Position numbers and translations under genes: made by a program
Shown here: piece after piece, positions 41,803-52,270 of the stretch
Layout of the letters: each line of letters opens with the position of its first letter
How positions within the stretch are numbered: the first letter of the stretch is position 1
Notes under the pieces: model-generated
Seen by the model: only the letters and a program-made list of their open reading frames with translations
What the model was told of the DNA's origin: nothing
The model's database searches: none
Source: Nitrospirota bacterium
GTDB lineage: Bacteria > Nitrospirota > Thermodesulfovibrionia > Thermodesulfovibrionales > UBA9159
NCBI GenBank assembly: GCA_963699545.1
Contig: CAVOUE010000003.1
Span: 64,001 to 128,000 of the forward strand
Length of the DNA: 64,000 nucleotides
Reading direction: 5' to 3'

Positions 41803-43497
41803 GGTTTCCTGCCGAGGAAATAGATGAACACGTCCTCCATGGGAGGCCGTATCTCTCTGATGAAGCGGTACCCTATGGCAGCGGAATCCAGAAGATCCTC
41901 CAGTTCCTGTTCCTCTAATCCTTTTTTCCAGACACGGTATCTCCTGCCGAAGGGCGTGATGGATATCTGCCGGGAAGTGAAGACCCCCGTGTCAACAGGA
42001 GACCCTGGATAGAATTCATAGACCTCACCTGAGGCGCCGACAAAATCCTTCCTGAGATTATCCGGCGTATCCACGGTAATGATCTTCCCCTCGTTCATGA
42101 TGGCGATCCTGTCGCAGTAATCCGCCTCTACAAGGTTGTGAGTAGTAACAAGGATGGTCATGTTCAATTTCCGTGATAATCCCCTGATGAGCTGCCAGAA
42201 GGACCTCCTTGCCACCGGGTCAACCCCGGACGTGGGTTCATCAAGGACAAGAAGGGAGGGAAGATTGAGTGTTGCACATCCCAGGGCAAGTCTCTGCTTT
42301 ATCCCCAGAGGGAGCTTCCCCACAAAGGCATCCTCCCTTCCCTCGAGGTCCGCAACACCCATGACCCACCTCCTCCTCTCTCTGAAGACTTCTCTGTCAA
42401 CACCGTAGAGGGAGCCATACAGCTCCATATTTTCCCGCACGGTGAGAATCGCCGTAGAGGGAGAAAACCTGGGACATATACCCTATGGCCTGTTTCAGCT
42501 CGGGATTTCCTGCATTCATTCCAAGGACAGTGACCGTACCGGTATCGGGTTTGAGAAGGGAAAGGATGCACTTAAGAAGGGTCGTCTTCCCTGCGCCATT
42601 GGGACCGAGGAAACCGAAGATCTCCCCCTGACTGATGGAGAGAGTTGCATGGTCGACAGCCCTGAAGCCGTCAAAGGATTTGGTCACTCCCTCGATAGTG
42701 ACCGCGGACGAGAAATGTTTCGGGGATGAGGGGCTGAAGGGGACGTCGTATTCCGGGGGTGTTCTCCCTTCCAGGAGCATGTCGAAAAATGCCTCTTCCA
42801 GGTCCTTTCCCCCTTCCATAAGATGCTCCGGATGACCGGAGAACAGTACCTTTCCCCCATGGAGGAATTTCACCGAATGGCATCGCTCCGCTTCGTCCAT
42901 ATAGGAAGTGGCCAATATGAGGGTCGTGCCTGCCTCTGAGATGAACCCGTTCAGAAGTTCCCAGAGCTGACGCCTTGAAAGGGGATCCACCCCCGTTGAC
43001 GGCTCATCAAGAAGCAGGACAGCGGGTTCAGAGATGAGAGAGCAGCAGATGCCCAGTTTCTGTTTCATGCCGCCGGAGAGGTTTCTCGCAAATCTCTCCC
43101 GGAAGGGCGTCAGCCCTGTGATATCCAGAAGCCTGTCCTTGAGCCGGTCCCGTTTTTCATCGGAGACGTTTTTTATGGCGGCAAAGAAATCGATATTCTC
43201 CTCCACAGAAAGTTCCATGTAGAGGTTTAGCCCCAGTCCCTGGGGCATGAAGCTGAGATAGCCTTTGATTGATTCGGGGTCCCGCTGAAGGTCTTTGCCC
43301 ATAAAGGTCGCCGAGCCATCGAACCGCAATACCCCGGAGCATATCTTGAGAAGGCTGCTTTTCCCTGCGCCATCGGGGCCTATGATACCGGTAATCTCTG
43401 CAGGCACTATATCAAGATCGATATTTTCGAGGGCATAATTTTTTTTATACCGCTTGGACACCTTTGTGAATGTTATGATGGGGGCGATCATGGGCAA
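41799..43497 (-). CDS. Tandem-domain ABC ATPase (YbhF/RbbA-like; +1 frameshift at ~42447)
   Basis: Two Walker A motifs (GPDGAGKS, GPNGAGKT), LSGGMKQ, LPLGIKQRL and two DEP.GVDP. Confidence 0.9.
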
Positions 43498-43521
43498 CCG
43501 AAGAAATATGCGAGAGGCTTC

Positions 43522-44649
43522 CTACTTCTTCCCTTCAAAGCTGAACCGCACATCCACCGGCATCCCTTTCTTGAGGAGATCGTAATATGCCTTCCCCCCG
43601 GGAGCTGAACTGTCCTTCCCGGAAAAGCAGACCTTCACCGCAAAGACCTCTTTCACCCGCTCTTCATAGGACTGGACCTCCTTGGGGGTGAATTCCGCCC
43701 TGTCGGAAATGTAACAGATATACCCGGTGACCGGCTGACCGGGATATGCATCGGTAACGACCCCAGCCTGCATGTTTATGCGGATCCTGCCGATGTATCT
43801 TTCGGGTACATAGGTCCTGACGTGGAGGTTTCCGGGATTGATCATGACGCCCACCACCCCTCCGGGGGAAAGCACCTCACCGGGTTCTGAGACCTTTCTC
43901 AGGATAACGCCGTCCGCCGGTGCGGTGATTCTCGTATATCCAAGATTTATCTCCACCTGTATGAGGGCCTCTTTAAGCTGACCCATGGTCTTTCTCAATG
44001 CCAGGAGTTCCTTTGCCTTCGCCTTCACCAGTTCCCTGGAATTCTCTGCCTTCAGGAGAGAGACCCTGGCCCTCGCCACCTCTTCCATCGCGGTATTCAC
44101 TTCTTCCACAGTGAGCTTGTGAGCAAGCCGGACATTGTCATGCCTTTCTTCTGATATGGCCTCCTTTTCCCTCAGGCGGGAGTATCTTGTGAGCTCTTTT
44201 TCCGCATTCTCCCTCCTCGCCTCCGCCTGTCTCAACCTTGCCTCTGCAACAGAAAGGGCCTTCCCCGCCTCGTCGATGCCGTGCTCCACATTCCTGGTCG
44301 TATAGGTGAGATTGAATTCTGCAGCGCTGATGCTTTCGGTAAGCTCTTCTGTCTTCCTGGTGAATTCCCTCTGCTTCGACCGTAACTCATCATCTTCGAT
44401 GAGGGCGATGGCATCGCCCTTCCCGACCCTGACCCCGTCGTCGATATAGACTTTGCTCAGTCGTCCCGGGATCCTGGCAGACAATTCCGTCTCGTTGGCC
44501 TCGACCCTTCCGCTCACCACGAGAACGTCGTCTCCGGACCTTGTGTGAAGAATTATCTCGTAAAGGGCAACCGCGAGGACGAGCACAATCGCACCAGCGA
44601 TCAGAACGCGTTTTCTCATACAAGCCATTATATCAGATAAATTAAGCAA
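43522..44649 (-). CDS. HlyD-family membrane fusion protein (YbhG-like)
   Basis: N-terminal TM, VSGRVEA, helical hairpin, ITAPADG, AEFTPK and KGMPVD. Confidence 0.9.
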   Translation of the reverse strand: MLNLSDIMACMRKRVLIAGAIVLVLAVALYEIILHTRSGDDVLVVSGRVEANETELSARIPGRLSKVYIDDGVRVGKGDAIALIEDDELRSKQREFTRKTEELTESISAAEFNLTYTTRNVEHGIDEAGKALSVAEARLRQAEARRENAEKELTRYSRLREKEAISEERHDNVRLAHKLTVEEVNTAMEEVARARVSLLKAENSRELVKAKAKELLALRKTMGQLKEALIQVEINLGYTRITAPADGVILRKVSEPGEVLSPGGVVGVMINPGNLHVRTYVPERYIGRIRINMQAGVVTDAYPGQPVTGYICYISDRAEFTPKEVQSYEERVKEVFAVKVCFSGKDSSAPGGKAYYDLLKKGMPVDVRFSFEGKK

Positions 44650-44781
44650 TTAAGCCGTGTTGCAAAAGAGGAGTGTAACGCCGCGTCACTCCACCGCTTT
44701 TGTTATTAATTTTCTGCCCGAATGTGCTATAGTTTTCTGAATAGTAACGGGACATGTTCTCTGCAAAGGAGAGGGAATGAA

Positions 44782-45015
44782 ATGATTACCGCAATCTTTG
44801 CCGTGATTCTTATCTCTTTGGTGATCGTGTTTTCCGTTCAAAACGCAGCGCCCGTGGTTCTGTCCTTCATGATCTGGAAATTTGAGGCATCCCTTGCCAT
44901 CGTGATATTTCTTTCTTTGTTTTGTGGGACGATCATCGGCGTGATCATCGCATCGTTGATCCGGTTGGGAACGAAGAAGAAAGGTGCTCCATCGGTTACA
45001 AGCCAGCCTGAATGA
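44782..45015 (+). CDS. LapA (DUF1049) family small membrane protein
   Basis: 'VFSVQNAAPV.LSF..WKFEASLA' pattern; RBS upstream. Confidence 0.78.
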   Translation: MITAIFAVILISLVIVFSVQNAAPVVLSFMIWKFEASLAIVIFLSLFCGTIIGVIIASLIRLGTKKKGAPSVTSQPE

Positions 45016-45110
45016 AATACCCCGGGGACTTTGTTTACCGTCTTGCATACCTTTTTGTGGTGCGCCCTTGTCACGATTCACACAACCGCATGTGCACTAT
45101 CAAATAAGAG

Positions 45111-45932
45111 ATGATATCTATAGTCTGCGCATACAACAATGCAGGAATATTGAATGATTGGCTGCTGGAGAGTCTTAAGGCGCAAACCGTAGACTATGAA
45201 ATGATAGCACTTGATACTGCAGAACGCGGTTTTCAATCCGCAGCTCAGGCCCTCAATTGTGGAGGAAATCAAGCGAAGGGGAAATATATCATGTTCGTTC
45301 ATCAGGATGTAAGGTTAATTTCAAACTCGTGGTTGAAGGATGCTGAAGAGATACTGGATACTCTTCCAAATTTGGGGATTGCAGGTGTGGTGGGAAGTGT
45401 CGAAGAGGGCAGGAGTGTTTCGGAAAGAATGAGAAATGTTATTCGTCATGGGGATGACAGAGAGCAGATAGGAAACCCTATAATCTCACCGGAGCGAGTA
45501 CAAACACTTGATGAACTCTTATGCATTATCCCTCGAGAGGTTTTTCAACGATATCAATTCGATGAAGATACCTGCAGCAATTGGCATTTGTACGGAGTGG
45601 ATTATTGCCTCACTATGCTCACCCTTGGGAAGGGTGTTTATGTGATCCCTTTGTTCGTAATTCATAAGTCAAAGGGGGCTTCGGCCAATAAACGTTTTCA
45701 TAGGTTATTGTTTCTTTTCCATTTTGGATTAAGCAGGGAATATTATCACGCATTAGAGCGGGTTCTGAAGAAACACAAAAAGGATTTCGTATGGGTCCAT
45801 ACAACTCCCGGATATGGCAAGTGGAAAACGAACGAATCATTCATGGTTCAAAGGATAAAACATTCTGCGATTGAAATGTTAAAATGGTTTGTTGTGAGAA
45901 TGAGATATTTTCTTAGACGAACGGAGAGATAA
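45111..45932 (+). CDS. GT2-like glycosyltransferase (StrF-type)
   Basis: ISIVCAYN, FVHQDV, VQTLDE and FDE...WHLYGVDYCL. Confidence 0.8.
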   Translation: MISIVCAYNNAGILNDWLLESLKAQTVDYEMIALDTAERGFQSAAQALNCGGNQAKGKYIMFVHQDVRLISNSWLKDAEEILDTLPNLGIAGVVGSVEEGRSVSERMRNVIRHGDDREQIGNPIISPERVQTLDELLCIIPREVFQRYQFDEDTCSNWHLYGVDYCLTMLTLGKGVYVIPLFVIHKSKGASANKRFHRLLFLFHFGLSREYYHALERVLKKHKKDFVWVHTTPGYGKWKTNESFMVQRIKHSAIEMLKWFVVRMRYFLRRTER

Positions 45933-45988
45933 AATCCAGCTATCAGCTCTGATGGGTATCGTTTGACTATTGAATACGGTAAAAGGCT

Positions 45989-46813
45989 ATGAGTGATATC
46001 AAAGGCACAAAGAAACTCGTAAGCATCCTTATTGTCGCCTATAACGCAGACACGTTTATTGACAAAACAATAAGGAGTTGCTTGGAACAATCATATCAGA
46101 ACATAGAACTATTGATCCTCGACAATAAATCCCGTGATAACACAGTGGATGTCATCACTTCCTTTAACGACCCCCGTATCCGCTTGTATCGCAATGATCG
46201 AAACGTCAGTCCCTATAACGGATTGAACTATCTTATCGAGCGTGCTGCCGGGGATTATATTGCAGTCCAGGACCACGATGACATCTGGTTCCGTGAAAAA
46301 ATTGATGCCCAGGTGACATTCCTGAACGATAATCAGGATTTTATCGCTTGCGGAACAAACACGTATTTCTTTTATGAAAACAGGAATATTCTCATTCTTA
46401 TAGACAACCCTGCCATCGCTGATATTGTCACCCACACGTCCCTCGTTTTTCGAAGGAGAGACTTTCGTTATCATTCCGATTATGTATTGGCCGATGAACA
46501 TTTTATGAGGAGAGTGCTTCGGCGTTCTGGAAAAATCGCGTGTCTTCAGGAACCTCTCTGTGTCCATCGGATGAGGGCTGATGCCAAGAATCTGTCCTCT
46601 TATCGTTTCTCTTTGAGTACGAAAAATATAAAAGACTTTTTCATGATTAATGGCTTGACCATACGGTCAGTAATGTATTTTTGCTATCTGTTGACACGCG
46701 ATGTTCTCCCGGAATCTTTGGTGTGGTACATACGAAAGAATATTACCTTGAGAAAAAAGGAGTGGATAAGCTTGAGCGCCTTCAAAGACCGGTATCCAAA
46801 TGTGCTTTTATGA
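45989..46813 (+). CDS. GT2 glycosyltransferase
   Basis: VSILIVAYN, LDNKSRD and QDHDDIW. Confidence 0.88.
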   Translation: MSDIKGTKKLVSILIVAYNADTFIDKTIRSCLEQSYQNIELLILDNKSRDNTVDVITSFNDPRIRLYRNDRNVSPYNGLNYLIERAAGDYIAVQDHDDIWFREKIDAQVTFLNDNQDFIACGTNTYFFYENRNILILIDNPAIADIVTHTSLVFRRRDFRYHSDYVLADEHFMRRVLRRSGKIACLQEPLCVHRMRADAKNLSSYRFSLSTKNIKDFFMINGLTIRSVMYFCYLLTRDVLPESLVWYIRKNITLRKKEWISLSAFKDRYPNVLL

Positions 46814-49506
46814 CCGGAGGTATACGTTGTCCCGTTTGTGAGGCAGAAGGTCTCTTTCTTAAGAAGCTCGGTGAACACCACCTGTACAGATGCACTTCCT
46901 GTGAGAGCCTCTTTTACTATCCTTCTCCCCTGATGCACAGCAGGGAGGAAACTCCGTGGGAGTCGGCGAAGTGGTACGCCGAACGGGGTGCCAATCTCCT
47001 CTTCTATGCGGAGGTCCTCGCGCATATCAGAAGTTTTATCAAAACTCTCCCCCGTAAGAACCGACCTGGAACAGTCGATATCCTGGAAGCGGGAGGCAGT
47101 TTCGGTTTTCTCATGGATATGGCATCCGTGCTTTTCGGCTGGAATGTCTCAGGCGTGGATCCGAGTCCGTGCGCACAGCAGGGCTCTCGGGAACTGGGAA
47201 GAGAAACCGTCCGTAGTCGTCTTGAAGACGCCCGGTTCGAGAAAAGGTTCGATGTCGTTGTCGGAGTGCAGCTTATTGAGCATATTCAGGAGCCGCGCGC
47301 CCTTATGAGCAGCATATCTCACCTCGTCAAGGAAGACGGGCTTGTTGTCTTAACCACCCCTGATGCCTCTGTTGAGGACCTTGGTGCGGAATATTCTCCC
47401 GGCGAGCATCATATCCTTTTTTCGCAAAAGGGTTTGGTGTCGCTTCTCGAGGCAGCAGGCTTCATGTCTCGTCGTTTCTTCACTACAACAGTGCATACTA
47501 TAATGGGAGTTGCCGCAGCCAAGAATCCTTTACCCGCCTTGAGGAACACGCCCACATCGTTAAATGAATCAGCAGCTTCCAAACAAATGGCGCTGGAATA
47601 CCTCATGAAAAGGATTCTCTCAGGTTCTCACACCGGTCCCTTGGGAATAGGGTTATACTTTCGCCTGTTCGAGTTGCTGGTGAACGAGGGCCGTTACGCT
47701 GAGGCCGACGCCCATGTCCGCACCCTTGAGACGTTGATGGGAAAGGAGGGACATGAATCTCACCATTCCTTTACCGTCCGTATGTTTGACACAATGGCCG
47801 CTGCGAAGACAGCGGCGGACTATGTGACGGCCGGTCCTGGTTGCTTTGCGCCCTATCTCTTCTATAAGGGCATCCTGAATCTGAACTATAGAAGGGATCG
47901 GGCTGCCGCCGGCGCTTGTTTCAAGTATGCCGCCCGTTTGCTTGAGCACGAGGTGCACGGGCTCGGCCTTGTTCAGTATATCCCTCTTCTCAGAGCTGCA
48001 CGGGAGCACACGGAAATCACCGGGGAGAGAATCGAGAACGATACGAAGGATATTCATAGAGAGGCCCGGAAGGTTGAAGCCGCGCCCTTTATAGGAGGAG
48101 GAATTCTTGAGTTTTGCAGGAGTGTACCGATCGGGAGGTTGTGCAGGCTGGGCATAAGAGGAGGGGACTCATATATATTTACTTTCACAAGTATGGAGGA
48201 TAACCTATCCGGGGTGTCATTCGATGTTCTGGTCAGGTCGTATGGCAAAAGGGAACCTGCAGAGCTCACGCTTCACATCTTTGAGGAATATGATCCTGTT
48301 GCGTTGCGGAAGGCAAGTCACACGCTGGAGTTCGGGTCACGTGTTAAATTACAGAAGCTTAACGAACCTTTCCGGTTCGAACCGATACGGGACAGTCGCG
48401 GCAAGACTTACTCGGTGGTACTCGCTTTAGGAAAGGATGCTAAGAGAGCGGCCCTCTTGTGTTCAAACCTGAAAGGGACCTTGACAGTTGCCGGATATCG
48501 GCAGTACCGCAATGTCCGGCCTGTCATGATACCGTACCATCATGTCGCTGCAAGTTTCAGGAAGCTCTCCCAGGACAAAAACTCTCCTCTCGTGAGCTGT
48601 CTGATCGTTACTTATAACAGCGAGGGCTATGTCCGGCACTGTTTGAATTCCATTGCCAGGCAGGATTACCCGAATATCGAGGTCGTCGTGATTGACAACC
48701 ACTCTGATGATCGTACGGTCGAGATAATCCGTGGAGAATTCGATCATGTGAATCTGCATGTGATGGAGCAAAACCTTGAGTTTTGCAAAGGCAACAATCG
48801 GGGGCTCACGAAATGCAGAGGACAATTCATATGTGTGCTGAATGCCGATGTGGTTTTGGAACAAGGAGCGATACGGCGTTTCGTAGAGCATATGGAACTA
48901 TCACCTCACGTCGCGATCGTCGGGTCTACCATTGAAACAAGGGGGTCGACAACGCGGTACGCAGACACCTTCATGATTGACGGTCTGATCAGCAATGATG
49001 AGAAGCTCCTAGAGGGAAAACGGTTCAGTTCAGCTCCGTGCGGTGCCGGCTTCATGATCCGGAGGTCCGTGATAGACGAACTTGGCTATCTTTTCGACGA
49101 AGGCTTTATTTCGAACTGGGAAGACCACGATCTGGGATTGCGGTGCTGGCTGCACGGTCATGTTGTCCTGCACATACCGGAGCTGGGGTTATATCATTCC
49201 GGGGGAGGCGCCTACGGATTGGCTGATCCACGGCGTGAATCACAGGTGTTTCGCAACATGTTGCTCACGTACTTCAAGAATTTTGGCAAGCGTCTTTTCC
49301 TAAAGGCTTTTTTGAGAACCCTTATGTCCTGTACAAGACCTTACAGGATTCTTGGCGTGGTGAGGTTCTTGGGCAGCTTCTGGAAATATATGCCGGAACG
49401 GGCTGCTCTTCAGAAGAAAAGGAAAATTGATGATTCAGTACTGCAGGTGGTGACATCGGGTTTTTGGGCCGTAATTCCTGAGGATAAAAAAGAAAGAGGA
49501 GTTTAA
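46810..49506 (+). CDS. Fusion: Zn-ribbon class I methyltransferase / helical (TPR-like) / beta-sandwich / GT2
   Basis: Start MTGGIRCPVC overlaps the upstream stop. CPVC..CTSC, LEAGGSFG and IEHI; C-terminal VSCLIVTYN, LNADV, WEDHDL. Confidence 0.83.
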   Translation: MTGGIRCPVCEAEGLFLKKLGEHHLYRCTSCESLFYYPSPLMHSREETPWESAKWYAERGANLLFYAEVLAHIRSFIKTLPRKNRPGTVDILEAGGSFGFLMDMASVLFGWNVSGVDPSPCAQQGSRELGRETVRSRLEDARFEKRFDVVVGVQLIEHIQEPRALMSSISHLVKEDGLVVLTTPDASVEDLGAEYSPGEHHILFSQKGLVSLLEAAGFMSRRFFTTTVHTIMGVAAAKNPLPALRNTPTSLNESAASKQMALEYLMKRILSGSHTGPLGIGLYFRLFELLVNEGRYAEADAHVRTLETLMGKEGHESHHSFTVRMFDTMAAAKTAADYVTAGPGCFAPYLFYKGILNLNYRRDRAAAGACFKYAARLLEHEVHGLGLVQYIPLLRAAREHTEITGERIENDTKDIHREARKVEAAPFIGGGILEFCRSVPIGRLCRLGIRGGDSYIFTFTSMEDNLSGVSFDVLVRSYGKREPAELTLHIFEEYDPVALRKASHTLEFGSRVKLQKLNEPFRFEPIRDSRGKTYSVVLALGKDAKRAALLCSNLKGTLTVAGYRQYRNVRPVMIPYHHVAASFRKLSQDKNSPLVSCLIVTYNSEGYVRHCLNSIARQDYPNIEVVVIDNHSDDRTVEIIRGEFDHVNLHVMEQNLEFCKGNNRGLTKCRGQFICVLNADVVLEQGAIRRFVEHMELSPHVAIVGSTIETRGSTTRYADTFMIDGLISNDEKLLEGKRFSSAPCGAGFMIRRSVIDELGYLFDEGFISNWEDHDLGLRCWLHGHVVLHIPELGLYHSGGGAYGLADPRRESQVFRNMLLTYFKNFGKRLFLKAFLRTLMSCTRPYRILGVVRFLGSFWKYMPERAALQKKRKIDDSVLQVVTSGFWAVIPEDKKERGV

Positions 49507-49646
49507 ATTAAGAGAAATAAATAGGGGACGCTTCCAACATAAACAATATATGCTGAGATAGCGTCATGCTCAGACAAGCGATACATATTGAAAGAATACA
49601 AAAGAAACTATCATAAATAAAAATAGACCCGAACAAAGGGGTAACG

Positions 49647-51473
49647 ATGTTTAGTGTTGTAATGCCGGTATGGAACCGTTCAAAGGTCGTGGGAAGGGCG
49701 ATTGAGAGCGTTCTGGGACAAAGTTATAAGGATTTTGAGCTTATCGTTGTCGACGACGGTTCCGACGATCCCATTGATGATGTGGTAAATCCGTTCCTCT
49801 CGGAGAAAGTGAAGTTTTGCCGGACCGAACACTGTGGAGTGTCGGCTGCCAGAAATCTGGGGGTTCAAAAGGCCAGCGGAGAGTTAATAGCCTATCTCGA
49901 CTCAGACAACGTGTGGCACAGCGGCTTTCTGGCACGGATGGCAGCCGTTCTCTTAAGCGGGGATTACGACGCAGCCTATTGTCAGGCAAGACGGTTCGTA
50001 AGGGCTCAAAGCGGAGAGATAGTGGAAGACGGGATCTTGGGCCGGGAGTTCTGTTTCAAGGAACTCCTGGAAAATAACTATATTGACCTTAACACCTTTG
50101 TCCACACAAAAAGGATTTTTGACCTTAAAGGAGGCTTTGACGAGAAGCTGCGCAGACTCGATGATTGGGACTTGATCATACGGATTGCAGCCTGGGGCGA
50201 GATCAAATTCGTTCCTGAAATTCTGGTGGATTACTATTACCAGGTTGAGGGGAATGCCATATCTCTTATCGAAGATCACGAATCTTCGAAGAAGGTAGTC
50301 CTCGCAAGATATCCGAAGATTCCAGAACCGATAACCTATGAACATGACACCATAAAGTATACATGGGAAAGCATTTCGGACAGGAAATACAGGAATTATT
50401 GGCTGAGGATGAGGCCGGGGGCGATCAATCCTCTCGACCACAGGGCCTATGGCCAACCGGTAGTCATGCAAATTGAACCGACAAATATGTGTAACCTCCA
50501 ATGCCCCTTGTGCCCTGTGGCCCAAAAAATGCTGCAAAGAGAATCCCGGCACATGCGGTTTGAGGAATTCAAAAAGATCGTCGATGATGTGCAGGACCAT
50601 GTTCTGCTGCTTGTCCTTTGGCACTGGGGCGAGCCCTTGATGAACCCGGAGTTTCCCCGGATGATACGTTATGCAGCCGACAGGGACATACGGACAGTGA
50701 CAAGCACAAACGCGCATTTTCTGAACAATGACAGGCACGTCGAGGAAATACTCTCCTCCGGGCTGTCCACGCTCATAGTCGCCATTGACTCTATACATGC
50801 CGACATTTATCAGAAGTACAGAAAGAAAGGTTCCCTCGAAAAAGCTCTCTCCGGACTCCATAAGGTCATTAAAATCAAAAAGAGAATAGGCTCATCGACC
50901 ACAATAAATTTTCGTATGGTGGTGATGCGGCAAAACGAGCACGAAGTGGCCGGGATGGAAAGAATGGCAAGAAGAATCGGGGCCGATGTTTTTAGCATAA
51001 AGACAGTCAATCCTGCCTGTGGGGAGGCGGGATTGGATAGTGAGTTCATACCGAAAAATCCCCGGTACCGGAGACTTGAATACCGGCCGGGCACGTGGGC
51101 AAGGGTGCCTGTTGACCGGGATTGCGAGCGGCCATGGATCATGGCGGACATTTTCTCGGACGGAAGCGTGGTGCCTTGTTGCTATGACTTTGACGGGACC
51201 ATGAGGGTGGGCAACGCCTTTGAGGAACCTTTCGCTAAGATATGGAATGGACCGGCCTTTGTCGAAATGCGGAAAAAAATCCTTACCGACAGAAAGAGCA
51301 TTCTTCATTGCACGCAATGTCTAATCAATTACAAGCACACGCCACAAGGTATGTTTTATCGCTCCGTAGACTTTCGTAATTTGAAAAATCGACGTTCAGA
51401 ACTATTACGTGCAGCTTCCATCCGACTGCTAAGGCCCATGAGAACAATAGCTGGGTGGCTGAAAGGTCTTTGA
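49647..51473 (+). CDS. GT2 glycosyltransferase fused to a radical SAM/SPASM domain
   Basis: VVMPVWN, VDDGS, YLDSDN, DDWDL; then IEPTNMCNLQCPLC, WGEP, STN and CERPW..DG.VVPCC...CTQC. Confidence 0.9.
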   Translation: MFSVVMPVWNRSKVVGRAIESVLGQSYKDFELIVVDDGSDDPIDDVVNPFLSEKVKFCRTEHCGVSAARNLGVQKASGELIAYLDSDNVWHSGFLARMAAVLLSGDYDAAYCQARRFVRAQSGEIVEDGILGREFCFKELLENNYIDLNTFVHTKRIFDLKGGFDEKLRRLDDWDLIIRIAAWGEIKFVPEILVDYYYQVEGNAISLIEDHESSKKVVLARYPKIPEPITYEHDTIKYTWESISDRKYRNYWLRMRPGAINPLDHRAYGQPVVMQIEPTNMCNLQCPLCPVAQKMLQRESRHMRFEEFKKIVDDVQDHVLLLVLWHWGEPLMNPEFPRMIRYAADRDIRTVTSTNAHFLNNDRHVEEILSSGLSTLIVAIDSIHADIYQKYRKKGSLEKALSGLHKVIKIKKRIGSSTTINFRMVVMRQNEHEVAGMERMARRIGADVFSIKTVNPACGEAGLDSEFIPKNPRYRRLEYRPGTWARVPVDRDCERPWIMADIFSDGSVVPCCYDFDGTMRVGNAFEEPFAKIWNGPAFVEMRKKILTDRKSILHCTQCLINYKHTPQGMFYRSVDFRNLKNRRSELLRAASIRLLRPMRTIAGWLKGL

Positions 51474-52267
51474 TGCCGTGTATAGTGGGCATCAAGCGTA
51501 TCGGTTCAGCGCCTTTGGCAACGGATCCAGTGCCGGAACCCCGGTTGGCCAGCCGGGGTTACCCGCTTCAAATCCCACTCCCGCCAGGTGAAGAGGGCGG
51601 CTGGAACCCCTATCCCATCTTCAACGGTTCCACCGCAGGCGCGCGGAGTCTGGCGAGTCACGTCTCAGTGTTAACCAAAGGCCATTGCCCGCATCCGCCG
51701 CACATACACAGAGAGGAAGAAATCCTGCTTCTCCTGGCCGGCGAGGTCGATCTGATATTCCCGGATGAGCAAGTTCCAGGGGGAGAGCGGCGAAAGCGTT
51801 TGAAACCCAATCAATTCGTCTACTACCCGACCGGTTTTGCCCACACGCTCCAGACCGTAAGCGAGTCTCCAGCGAACTACCTGATGTTAAAGTGGCACGG
51901 TGTTCCAACTAAAATCGATTCACCGCTGATTTTCGGCCAATATGACGTGCTTCAACCGGTGCAGTACTCTGAAACCAGGGATGGCTTTTGTCCGCGTCTG
52001 ATGTTCGAAGGACCAACGGCCTACCTACAAAAGCTTCATTGCCATGTCTCTACCTTTACTCCAGGATCCGGCTACGATCCTCACGCCGACGCCTATGATG
52101 TAGCCATTATTGTCCTGGAAGGCGAGGTCGAAACACTCGGTGATCGCGTGCGGCCATACGGAGTGATCTTCTACCGGGCGGATGAACCTCACGGCATACG
52201 CAATCCCGGTGAGGCGGTAGCCAAGTATCTTGTCTTCGAATTTCACGGAAATGAAAAGACCGTTTAA
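51473..52267 (+). CDS. Bicupin domain protein
   Basis: Two cupin motif pairs: HPPHIHREEE...AHTL and PHAD.YDV..V.EG...EPHG. Confidence 0.8.
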   Translation: MPCIVGIKRIGSAPLATDPVPEPRLASRGYPLQIPLPPGEEGGWNPYPIFNGSTAGARSLASHVSVLTKGHCPHPPHIHREEEILLLLAGEVDLIFPDEQVPGGERRKRLKPNQFVYYPTGFAHTLQTVSESPANYLMLKWHGVPTKIDSPLIFGQYDVLQPVQYSETRDGFCPRLMFEGPTAYLQKLHCHVSTFTPGSGYDPHADAYDVAIIVLEGEVETLGDRVRPYGVIFYRADEPHGIRNPGEAVAKYLVFEFHGNEKTV

Positions 52268-52270
52268 ACT

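Noticed and set aside
4935-43497. Widespread pseudogenisation or programmed frameshifting of GT4, hddA, comEC, cdaR and the ABC ATPase
   Set aside because: The genes otherwise look undecayed and the indels share one short motif, so sequencing error is more parsimonious.
49953-50861. 302-aa antisense ORF
   Set aside because: It lies wholly opposite the GT2-rSAM gene and has no recognisable motifs.
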